64,000 bases of DNA. Source: a virus. Within the stretch, counting starts at the first letter, position 1; every line of letters starts with the position of its first letter. Under the pieces are notes generated by a model that was not told the DNA's origin, did no database searches, and worked only from the letters and a program-made list of their open reading frames with translations. The stretch covers positions 1 through 64,000 of IMG/VR virus record IMGVR_UViG_3300008259_000011. One strand, written 5' to 3'. A program made the position numbers and the translations under genes. Shown here in pieces: positions 19,643-28,333 of this stretch.

Positions 19643-21375
19643 ATACCATATGCCTTTCTACCGGCGTTGAAATTACGTAATATTTCAGCAGAAGTTAATG
19701 CTCTATTGTATGCTTTTGCACTTGATAATGCAATGTTACTAGAATAGTTTGGATTTGCAGATCCAAAGTGATAATAATAACTTGGTCCACTAACATATTG
19801 TTTTAGTTGTCCGGTTAAATTTCCACTGGAATATAATGAACCGTTGACATATAAATATCTCAATCCTGTTTCTACATTAACAACATACGCAGCATGATAC
19901 CAAGTATTCAATGAGCCAGGATAACTTAACCAACCCGTATTATTGTTATCGTTATACCAACTCAATACACCAAATGTTGCAGGAGTTGACTTGAAATGTG
20001 CAAATCCTTCGTGGTATCCCTGTCTACCAAAAAAGTATCCATCAGAAGATCCCGGCGGTGTTCCTAATAATCTAAACCACACTTCGTATGTATGAGTAAC
20101 ATTACTCAACGTATCTAAAACGGAATTTGCAACAGGTACAGTTAATGCACCTGCATAATCTCCGTTGAAATAAAATCCACTACTATCAAATGTTATTGCG
20201 GAACTATTCAAATCAACTTTATATCCGTTTCCACTTGAATCTAAAAGTCCTCCACCACTAGATATCGTGTTAGAAGTTACTGAGTTTGATGTCCATGCAG
20301 ATGCAACTACACCTGTTTGTATTTGAGGTTCTTTTAAATCATATGTGTGATTATACGTTGTATAATCATCACCATCCTGAATGAACCATGTTACTTTGGC
20401 CGTTCCTACCGGACTTGTTACGGTATATTTTGCCAATTGCCATTCATTTATGTCATAAACATTAATTTGAGAGGTTGTTGGAAAAAAAGCAGATCCAACT
20501 AAAACATTAGATGAATTATAAAATTGAATTTGAAATCTTAAAGTTGGGGTACCAGATACTTTTCTATATTTTACAGAAAATGTATAAGTTGTAGATGCCG
20601 AGAATCCGCTAAATAACAAAAAATAAAAACGAGTATTGCTATTTACATCAACAATTCGTATAGCAGTTTCATTATCGATTAACGAATATGTTCCAATTGT
20701 TCCTTGTCCACTGCCATCCACTGACCAATTTGTAGGCAAAGTAGAATATGTAGATGTCAATAAATTAGTAGTAGTTGTATTTCTTACAGTAATACCTTCT
20801 GCAACATCATTATAAGGAGTTGCATACGATTTCTGTTCTACTTGAGGTGCTGCTATATAATATGTTTCACCCGCAATTGATTGGTCACTGATAAATTGAA
20901 ACCCTCTTGAAGTATCGGTAATATTTGTAAATGTAAACGAATATCTTACCCACGAAGTTGTCAATGTAACATATCCGGTATAATGTACATCATTCAATCC
21001 TCCTCTCAAAAGAGTGCCTGCTACGGCAGATCTAGCATAAAAACTCATTGTATATGTTTGTCCTGCCACAAGAATTGTTGGACCATAATATAAAAGTCCC
21101 ATTGCTACTCTTCCACCACCATCACATCCATTGTTTCCATTTCTGACAACTTTTAGTGCATTATATCTTCCAAACGGATCAACTACATCGGTTGTATTAG
21201 CAGTGACATTGGTTCTTGTACCACAATATCCGTCCCAGACAGACGAATCAAAAGTAGTTGTTCTTGTTAATAAATTTATAGAAGATTCACCCGGAAAACT
21301 TTTCGTGGATTCCCGGTTATAATAAAGTTGTAGATCTTTGGTTACAATGCCTGGATTGCCTTGTCGAATAGCCAT
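19639..21375 (-). CDS. LamG-like protein with two CBM-like inserts
   Basis: Two inserts (TYTMSFYAR..WVRYSFTF; TYTFSVKYR..WQLAKYT). LamG ends YNRALTSAEILRNFNAGRKAYGI. Confidence 0.83.
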   Translation of the reverse strand: MAIRQGNPGIVTKDLQLYYNRESTKSFPGESSINLLTRTTTFDSSVWDGYCGTRTNVTANTTDVVDPFGRYNALKVVRNGNNGCDGGGRVAMGLLYYGPTILVAGQTYTMSFYARSAVAGTLLRGGLNDVHYTGYVTLTTSWVRYSFTFTNITDTSRGFQFISDQSIAGETYYIAAPQVEQKSYATPYNDVAEGITVRNTTTTNLLTSTYSTLPTNWSVDGSGQGTIGTYSLIDNETAIRIVDVNSNTRFYFLLFSGFSASTTYTFSVKYRKVSGTPTLRFQIQFYNSSNVLVGSAFFPTTSQINVYDINEWQLAKYTVTSPVGTAKVTWFIQDGDDYTTYNHTYDLKEPQIQTGVVASAWTSNSVTSNTISSGGGLLDSSGNGYKVDLNSSAITFDSSGFYFNGDYAGALTVPVANSVLDTLSNVTHTYEVWFRLLGTPPGSSDGYFFGRQGYHEGFAHFKSTPATFGVLSWYNDNNNTGWLSYPGSLNTWYHAAYVVNVETGLRYLYVNGSLYSSGNLTGQLKQYVSGPSYYYHFGSANPNYSSNIALSSAKAYNRALTSAEILRNFNAGRKAYGI

Positions 21376-21376
21376 A

Positions 21377-23656
21377 TTAGACCTTTACTTCGGTTGAAAG
21401 TTTATCAATATCTTTTCTTTCAGCGGTAAAGTCCCAATAAAACTCAAATGTTTTGTCACCATCAAACATTGCTTTATCATACCCCACCGTGAAATAATTG
21501 TTGTTGATGTTTACTTCATCCACAAACAATACACGTCCATGTTTAATGTTGGTCAATTGAATGTTGACATCATCAGTATGAACCAATTTTGAAATGTACT
21601 CTGGCAAATCAACTCGTCCGTTTCCACGAACGGCCGTTCCACGTCCAGTTAAACGAACACCGTGATATGGACTTTCCAAACTTCCATACACCAACTTGTA
21701 TCCATCTTTGGTTGGGTGATTAATTTTGAAACTCTTGGTATTAGCAGCAAATGTACCATTTACTTCCAATGTATAAGATGGTGATATTGTGTTAACACCA
21801 ACCAACCCACTTGGCGTGATTGCAACTCTTGTGGAACCACTGGTCTCCAAATGCAAACTGTGAGTGTCATTGGTACCAATTGTTGCGGTGACACCAAAAC
21901 TATTTCCGTTCTGTATAAAAGCATTACCACTTGGTGAAACAAAACTAGCAGTAGTTGCAGTAGCAGCGTTACCACTAATACTGCCTGTCAAATTTGCAGT
22001 GATGGACGAACTATTTACCCAAGTATCTGTTATGTGATTATACACCAACGGTTGTTGTGCACTTGGTGTAGTAATAACCACATCATTTAGATCAGTTAAG
22101 TTGGTGACAATTGTTCCACCACCTCCACCACCAGATCCCGCTATACTTCTAAACAATCCCGAAGGAATTATTTGATGGTTATTAGCGGTAAAATCAGTAT
22201 TTCCTTTAACAATAATCGAACCCAAAAATACAGCATTTTGTTTTGTATTGTCTGTTTCTAAAAACTTTTCAATGTTATAGTTATCCAACGCTTCTCTAAT
22301 AGTAGAATACAACGCATTACCGTAATATACAACAATACCTTTAGTTGCACTGTTAGGATACCAAAAAACACGTTGTACCGTATAGCCACCGCCAACTGCA
22401 ATCAAACTACCAGAACCATCTGGATTGTATAATGTTGGGTCAATACCATCATATCCCAATCCTCCGTTTGTATCTTGTACAAATGATGAACCGGATTGAT
22501 AATATCTAAATATTTTTGATACTGATGTACCCGGATCATTTACGTGACTAGGATGATTTGGATCAACTTCATATGCACGTCCTTCCGCAAAGGCTTCACC
22601 ACTTGTAACAGTTAATCCATAAGATCCACTTGTGACAATATTAAGTCCTGAAAGTTTTAATGGACCAAATGCTTTAACAAAATCATATGTGCGTTGTTTG
22701 TATCCATACGCAACATTAGGATAAGTAATCTTTGCATTAATTGTTGATAGATTTTGGTGAATGATTGTACCCAACAAAATTGTATCATTAAACTGATCAT
22801 ATGTAAACGGATTGGGCTGTTGAACGATTGCACCGTTTCTATCAATACCAATATACGTTTGAATATGTGTAGTACGATATGTCAACGATTGATTGGTAAA
22901 CGCATTCCATTTTACATCTGTTATTGTAGGATGTGGTTCACGTGTAGTTAATGCATTTAAATCTACTACAACACCTTCACCTGCACTGATATTAAATGTA
23001 GTGGATGAACCAGTTGTTAACAATCCACCATACAACAATCCAGTATACAAATTACCTTCCAACCATTTGAGACGAGTGACATTACGATAATCACCATCAT
23101 TTTGTTCAAAGTAAAGATCGTTGGTACTACCGCTCACATAAATACGTGAAGCGGTCATATTAGTTAATGCACTTACATTTGTTGGTTCTAATTGAATGTA
23201 ATCATAATTGATACCACTCGCACTAATATTGTTAAAATAACCGTTTCCATTTGCATCAATACGTGTAGAACCACTTTGTATCAACGCGCCATAAATTTGA
23301 ACATTCTTGGAACCGCTATAGATATTAAACAAATACCCACCACCGGTTGCATAATCATAAATCGCAAAATCACGAGCAGTACTTGAATTTATACCAATCA
23401 ACGCCGTTGTACCATTATTAGCAGACGCATCAGTAAAATACAATCGACTACCAATTGCAGCATCACCAGAACTGTCTCTTCGAATTAAACTTCCTGAATC
23501 ATCATTCTCAGAATACGCCAATGTTCTTAGCGTAGAACTTCCATCAAAACTAAGTACCGTATTTGGTACATCCGCAATTCTCACTTCCTGAAAATGAGTA
23601 TTGCTGGAATCTCTCTGAGTCAGTATCAGATCATATTGATCATATGGACTTGGCAT
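21377..23656 (-). CDS. Tail fibre/spike-like protein with a C-terminal intramolecular-chaperone-like domain
   Basis: GLVGVNTISPSYTLEVNGTFAANTKSFKINHP...LVYGSLESP...LPEY...AERKDID resembles the C-terminal autocleaved chaperone modules of phage fibres. LTDLNDV fibre motif present. Confidence 0.7.
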   Translation of the reverse strand: MPSPYDQYDLILTQRDSSNTHFQEVRIADVPNTVLSFDGSSTLRTLAYSENDDSGSLIRRDSSGDAAIGSRLYFTDASANNGTTALIGINSSTARDFAIYDYATGGGYLFNIYSGSKNVQIYGALIQSGSTRIDANGNGYFNNISASGINYDYIQLEPTNVSALTNMTASRIYVSGSTNDLYFEQNDGDYRNVTRLKWLEGNLYTGLLYGGLLTTGSSTTFNISAGEGVVVDLNALTTREPHPTITDVKWNAFTNQSLTYRTTHIQTYIGIDRNGAIVQQPNPFTYDQFNDTILLGTIIHQNLSTINAKITYPNVAYGYKQRTYDFVKAFGPLKLSGLNIVTSGSYGLTVTSGEAFAEGRAYEVDPNHPSHVNDPGTSVSKIFRYYQSGSSFVQDTNGGLGYDGIDPTLYNPDGSGSLIAVGGGYTVQRVFWYPNSATKGIVVYYGNALYSTIREALDNYNIEKFLETDNTKQNAVFLGSIIVKGNTDFTANNHQIIPSGLFRSIAGSGGGGGGTIVTNLTDLNDVVITTPSAQQPLVYNHITDTWVNSSSITANLTGSISGNAATATTASFVSPSGNAFIQNGNSFGVTATIGTNDTHSLHLETSGSTRVAITPSGLVGVNTISPSYTLEVNGTFAANTKSFKINHPTKDGYKLVYGSLESPYHGVRLTGRGTAVRGNGRVDLPEYISKLVHTDDVNIQLTNIKHGRVLFVDEVNINNNYFTVGYDKAMFDGDKTFEFYWDFTAERKDIDKLSTEVKV

Positions 23657-23696
23657 ACCTAATAAATATCAACTTAATATAATTACATCCGATATA

Positions 23697-23729
23697 AATA
23701 AAAACACCCAAGATTTACATCTTGGGCGC
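23697..23729 (-). terminator. Intrinsic terminator
   Basis: Minus strand GCGCCCAAGAT-GTAA-ATCTTGGGTGT followed by TTTTATTT, downstream of the gene at 23754-24965. Confidence 0.75.
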
Positions 23730-23753
23730 CTTTATTGTACCATTATGACTCAA

Positions 23754-24965
23754 TCAATATATAGATAGTGGCGTCCTCTTCCACTTACCGTTAGTATAAA
23801 CATAAGCAAAATCGTTATCGTATCTGATTGATCCAACAATACCAGCATCATTGGTTGTTGAAGGAGCAGTTCCACCAATTTGTAGGTTTGTGATACTTGC
23901 ACTGTAAGCAGTCAAAATGTTATTGATGCTAAAATTATTACTGATGTTACCGTTACTACCACTGAGTGTAATCAAGGTAGAAGTTCCATCAACGTAAACA
24001 TTACCAGTTACATCAATATTACTTGCACTTACGTTATTAAGTGTAGAAAGGTTATTAACTGTAATATTATTAAAGGTTGATCCGCCAATTATCAAGTTAC
24101 TGAAACTACCTGTTTGAGCAGTAATATTACTTGCAGATACTTGACCCAAAGTTGTTAAACCAGTAACGTTTAATGTACCGGCAACAGTTGTATTACCGTT
24201 CGAAGCATTAACAGTAAATTGTCCACTGTTATAGTTCAAACTATATCCGTTTTCAACCAATAGTGAGTTTTCAAGAGTATCACCCGTTTGAGCACGTGGC
24301 AAATAACCGTGGGTTAAGTTATTTTCAGATCCAAATGAACCAGTAGGACCGCCCATCAATTTGTTAGTAACCAATGGATTTGCGGCATCACTGATAAACC
24401 AATAATCACCCTGACTATCCCACAACAAAGATGCAGTAGCGTTCAAACTTCCACTGTCAACTACGTCCAATCCACCGTAACGTTGGCCCGGAGTCAAAAC
24501 ATTCAAACGAATACGATTGTCACCAATATCAACAACGCTTGAACTGATATAGGTCATCGCACCTTGAACAGTCAAGTTGCCAGGAACCACAATTCCACTA
24601 CCACTAAACTGAACATTATTAATATAGACAGAAGAGTTTCCAGTGGTAGAAACAGTCAAATTGCCACCGCTAGTCGATGTCAAATTTGGATTTGCACCAG
24701 CCAATGTCAAATCACCACTCAAATTAGTTGCAGATGCACTAAGTTGTTGTAGTGTGGACAAACCACTTGCGGTCAATGTAGTAAAACTACCAGCTGCCGC
24801 AATATTTTGACCGATTGGTGCTGCGTCAATTGACCCTGATGCAACTATGTTACCAGTAGAATCAGTTTGAATAATCAACCGTGAACCCGACAACAATTTT
24901 TCTTCAAATGTTGTATTTGCAGCATCACGTTGACTTAAAATTAATGTGTATGGATTGAGTGGCAT
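23754..24965 (-). CDS. Fibre-like virion structural protein
   Basis: Ser/Gly/Asn-rich beta repeats (GNLTVQG...VDIGDNRIRLN). C-terminal GSIRYDNDFAYVYTNGKWKRTPL motif. Confidence 0.7.
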   Translation of the reverse strand: MPLNPYTLILSQRDAANTTFEEKLLSGSRLIIQTDSTGNIVASGSIDAAPIGQNIAAAGSFTTLTASGLSTLQQLSASATNLSGDLTLAGANPNLTSTSGGNLTVSTTGNSSVYINNVQFSGSGIVVPGNLTVQGAMTYISSSVVDIGDNRIRLNVLTPGQRYGGLDVVDSGSLNATASLLWDSQGDYWFISDAANPLVTNKLMGGPTGSFGSENNLTHGYLPRAQTGDTLENSLLVENGYSLNYNSGQFTVNASNGNTTVAGTLNVTGLTTLGQVSASNITAQTGSFSNLIIGGSTFNNITVNNLSTLNNVSASNIDVTGNVYVDGTSTLITLSGSNGNISNNFSINNILTAYSASITNLQIGGTAPSTTNDAGIVGSIRYDNDFAYVYTNGKWKRTPLSIY

Positions 24966-24982
24966 ATACGTTTATACTCTTT

Positions 24983-25000
24983 GTCTATTTATAAATAGAC
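24983..25000. promoter_or_regulatory. Perfect 18-bp palindrome GTCTATTTATAAATAGAC containing the late motif on both strands
   Basis: Self-complementary and intergenic, 17 nt upstream of the ATG at 24965. Confidence 0.55.
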
Positions 25001-25027
25001 CTCTATTTTATAAAAGCGTTACAAAAT

Positions 25028-25231
25028 TCAAAATTCAAAATCGGCAATTGGTTGTCTTAACCATTTTCCGTTTGCATAAATATAATGGAACTCATTGTCA
25101 TATGACATCCATCCTTCTTCACCGTAATCATCCGATGTTTTTGGTGGAGTTTTCCACGCAACATTAGCGCTAGGTGATACTCCATATTTAGCAAAAATAA
25201 TTCCTTGATCAATTTTTGTAATATCTGACAT
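25028..25231 (-). CDS. Small protein (67 aa) that repeats the C-terminal module of the upstream gene
   Basis: Start MSDITKID follows the upstream stop by 2 nt. 28/40 aa are identical to the C-terminus of 25234-26379. Confidence 0.7.
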   Translation of the reverse strand: MSDITKIDQGIIFAKYGVSPSANVAWKTPPKTSDDYGEEGWMSYDNEFHYIYANGKWLRQPIADFEF

Positions 25232-25233
25232 AA

Positions 25234-26379
25234 TCAAAATGTGGAGAAATTGGCCAACGGTTGACGTAACCATTTACCATTAATATAAATGTAATGAAAA
25301 TTATCGTCATATGCCATCCAACCCTCCTCACCATAATCAGTAGCATTTTGTGGAGGATTGTGCCATACCGTTTCGGGTGTGGAACTTGCCAATGCATTAT
25401 AAGATGTAACAATAGATTCAACTTGTGATGCACTACTTCCATCCGTCAACGATGTACTAATAGTAGGTGTTGCCAGATCGGTACCATCTTCGACCAACGG
25501 ATTGACAAAGTGATAAGGTATAGGCTTCTTATAAGATTCCTTACGAATATCCTTCTCAATTTCTGCCATTTGAGTGCCATTAACAACTTCGTTGGTAACA
25601 ATAATTTTACGTTGAGTAAGTGTCTTGGTTGTGGTTGGCATCTTATTCTCAAATGATTCTGCCAACAAATATGCTTGTACAGTCATATTAAATGTTGTAC
25701 GAACCATACGATCTTTACCCGAATTTACTTCGGTGGTATTGCTATAATCGTTAATATACACCCTAAACTTAAATCGTTTCGGATCACCCCAATACTCTTC
25801 TGCCGCCCAATTGATCTTCTCAATCAACGCATTCATCTGTTCCACATATTCCGTCCATAACATAAACTCATATGTTAATGTTACATGGTCAGGCAACGTG
25901 ACATTTAATATTTGTGCAACAGGAGCGCTGGATTTAGTCAGCAATGAAAACTTGTCATATTTGTTCTTTTCATCAAATTTCTTGACAACTTGAACATTTA
26001 AATGACGGTTGAATGTGGTAAGATTTTCGTTTTTTGCAACGGTATTACGTTTATACATAATTGCAGGCAATTGTAACTTACCTTGATTATCACGTAAAAC
26101 ACCATCACTTTGTATAGCCTTCCATCTTTCGGGACTTCCATAAATGATGGGAACTTTTACATTTTCACCCGCGTCTTCCACAGTCAAATTAATCACTTGA
26201 TCCAGATATTCGAAAATAGCAGTATCAATGTCCAACAACGATATGGTAAAGTTCTTGAACTTGTCTTGATCTCTACGTATTTGCGTAGCCCTGTTGACAC
26301 TAGACTTTACATCAGACACGTTGCTAGCTTCATTTCTGAAGTTAGGTGCTGGATTATTTGGATTTCCTTTCCATGCCAT
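25234..26379 (-). CDS. Tail completion/sheath-stabilizer protein (T4 gp15-like) with a C-terminal extension
   Basis: KVPIIYGSPERW...LQLPAIM, VTLTYEFMLWT..EQMNALIEKI; third gene of the neck cluster. Confidence 0.62.
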   Translation of the reverse strand: MAWKGNPNNPAPNFRNEASNVSDVKSSVNRATQIRRDQDKFKNFTISLLDIDTAIFEYLDQVINLTVEDAGENVKVPIIYGSPERWKAIQSDGVLRDNQGKLQLPAIMYKRNTVAKNENLTTFNRHLNVQVVKKFDEKNKYDKFSLLTKSSAPVAQILNVTLPDHVTLTYEFMLWTEYVEQMNALIEKINWAAEEYWGDPKRFKFRVYINDYSNTTEVNSGKDRMVRTTFNMTVQAYLLAESFENKMPTTTKTLTQRKIIVTNEVVNGTQMAEIEKDIRKESYKKPIPYHFVNPLVEDGTDLATPTISTSLTDGSSASQVESIVTSYNALASSTPETVWHNPPQNATDYGEEGWMAYDDNFHYIYINGKWLRQPLANFSTF

Positions 26380-26382
26380 AGA

Positions 26383-26859
26383 TTATACCTGTCTCTCAAA
26401 AATGTTTAGTTTGCTCAATCTGCTATAATGAGTATTGCAAATAAAGCTATGACTCTTTGTATCTTGTCCACCCAAAAATTGTTCTTGAACCACATTATCA
26501 ATTTCATGATAACGATCATTAAACAATATGACATCTCCAATTTGAGGAAAGAAATTCACTTGTTGACACATCTTTTCTCTAAACTTAAATACCACATCTT
26601 GATCACGATCTGGTCCAAATCCTTCATCCTCACCAGTAATATCAGCACGTTCAATCAACGATGAAATGTCAATACCGGGATAAAATGTTTTACCCTCACT
26701 AGGTGCGGATTCACCATACAAATTGACTCTGGTCTCAGATGCCGCAATCTTAAACACAGTAACAATCGTCTCAATAATATCACCCATCAATTCCGCATTA
26801 ACAGAATTAATAAAGTTAATATCACGAGCGCTAAAATATCTTCCTCTTAGTGATGCCAT
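26383..26859 (-). CDS. Head closure/neck protein (T4 gp14-like)
   Basis: NLYGES, FPQIGDVILF..YHEIDNV; directly downstream of the gp13-like gene. Confidence 0.62.
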   Translation of the reverse strand: MASLRGRYFSARDINFINSVNAELMGDIIETIVTVFKIAASETRVNLYGESAPSEGKTFYPGIDISSLIERADITGEDEGFGPDRDQDVVFKFREKMCQQVNFFPQIGDVILFNDRYHEIDNVVQEQFLGGQDTKSHSFICNTHYSRLSKLNIFERQV

Positions 26860-26862
26860 AGT

Positions 26863-28053
26863 TTATCCTATATAAATCATCATCGGAACTTTCTTCAAAA
26901 TCTCAGTACTCTTATCAGCTTTCATCGCCTGTTCTTCAATTAACTTGGATGGCAATGACGCTTCCAACATCTCACGAAGTTGTGTCATAAGAGCTTCTTT
27001 TTCACTACTTGCCTCACTACGCAACTCGCCACCATCCAATGTTACTTCACCGCCTGGAATTGGTATGGTACTATACTTTTGACGAATACCTCCCAACATT
27101 TCTTTACACAATGCCAAAAAGTATTTACGTATCCATTGTCTACCAGGCGCATTAATCTTACTATATACAATGTCTTGATATGGTACATTACTAAAGTCAG
27201 AAATTTGATCTGGCAAACTACCAGATGATGTATTTGACGAACCCGTATAATATGAATTTGCAGCTCTGTCATTTTCCAACGCATACTCAAAGTATACCTT
27301 ATAGTTGTTGGTAGGAATTGGAAACAACTTCAATTTGTTGTTAACAATTTCAAAACTATAACTGCTCTTACGAACCATATCGTTGAATTCGATTGCTTGA
27401 CCACGAAGCAAATCTTCAAAAATTGGTGTCATCAAAAATTGAACAGCAGGACTATATCCAGCAAAACCCATTTCGTTCAAAACGTTACTATATGACATAC
27501 CAGTCATACTGAATGGGTCATAGATACGAGCAAATGCTGGTGGTCCGTGGTGGAAAATTCTCTTTACTTCAATACGATTACCGCTACCAGATGCTTGTTC
27601 ATATAGTGACTGTAGATCATATGTTTGTTGTCCGGTAACAACATCAATACTACCTTTTTTCCAATCTACATTGCCACCAACTCCAACTTCACTACCATAT
27701 GCTTTTGACATCTTAATAACATACGGAAGTGGATCACCTGTCATTGAACGACCATTTACAACCGTAGATGTAGATTGTCCCATCAATGCCAACAAATTGT
27801 TACGAATGTTGAATTGATTAATCTGTGAACCGTATTCTGATACTGATTCTTCAAACGCAGCATAAAAGTTCAAATCGATCATTTCGATGTCTTCAATTGG
27901 ATATCCTAAACGGATCGCTGCCCAAACCGCACTGCTACTACAATCAGCAACAAATCGTGCGTCTGTATCATAAAATCCAAACGGTGTTCTGCCAGGAACA
28001 GCGCTACCACTGCCTGGCCATCTTACCCTATCTTGATCTAAATTTGCACTCAT
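26863..28053 (-). CDS. Neck/head-tail adaptor protein (T4 gp13-like)
   Basis: RLGYPIEDIEM, WIRKYFLALCKEMLGGIRQKY..IPIPGGEVTLDG, ending PMMIYIG. Confidence 0.72.
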   Translation of the reverse strand: MSANLDQDRVRWPGSGSAVPGRTPFGFYDTDARFVADCSSSAVWAAIRLGYPIEDIEMIDLNFYAAFEESVSEYGSQINQFNIRNNLLALMGQSTSTVVNGRSMTGDPLPYVIKMSKAYGSEVGVGGNVDWKKGSIDVVTGQQTYDLQSLYEQASGSGNRIEVKRIFHHGPPAFARIYDPFSMTGMSYSNVLNEMGFAGYSPAVQFLMTPIFEDLLRGQAIEFNDMVRKSSYSFEIVNNKLKLFPIPTNNYKVYFEYALENDRAANSYYTGSSNTSSGSLPDQISDFSNVPYQDIVYSKINAPGRQWIRKYFLALCKEMLGGIRQKYSTIPIPGGEVTLDGGELRSEASSEKEALMTQLREMLEASLPSKLIEEQAMKADKSTEILKKVPMMIYIG

Positions 28054-28058
28054 TAAGT

Positions 28059-28066
28059 TATAAATA
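28059..28066 (-). promoter_or_regulatory. Putative late promoter motif TATTTATA, 5 nt before the ATG
   Basis: Minus strand reads ATATTTATAACTTA-ATG. Confidence 0.6.
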
Positions 28067-28333
28067 TTAGAACAATTTAGTTATCTTCACTATTAGTTTA
28101 CCATTTCCTTTAATTACTCGGTGGTAAGTTTCTTTTGGTATAAAAATAGCGTTTTCAAGGTGTATTGGAAGTTGATTGTCTAACTGAAACTCCCAACCTT
28201 CATTTTCTATAACCTCAACTATACGATCTTCACGGTCCAAATGCCACTCTAATTCATGATTATCTACGTCCGGTGAAAACTCACGAATATACTGATTGTT
28301 ACCCAATTCTGTTTCTTTATACGGTGTCAACAT
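28067..28333 (-). CDS. Small cupin-like protein
   Basis: WHLDREDRIV...WEFQ...IFIPKETYHRVIKG resembles cupin metal-binding motifs. Start placed at MLTPYKE. Confidence 0.6.
   Translation of the reverse strand: MLTPYKETELGNNQYIREFSPDVDNHELEWHLDREDRIVEVIENEGWEFQLDNQLPIHLENAIFIPKETYHRVIKGNGKLIVKITKLF

Noticed and set aside
3683-21375. Shufflon or invertase-controlled tail fibre switching
   Set aside because: All cassettes are full-length, co-oriented genes with their own starts. No inverted crossover sites or site-specific recombinase were seen.
25028-25370. Duplicated C-terminal segment as a DGR template/variable repeat pair
   Set aside because: Differences are mostly synonymous and include T/C changes (tat/tac, ttt/ttc), so they are not adenine-specific. 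No reverse transcriptase is in the window.
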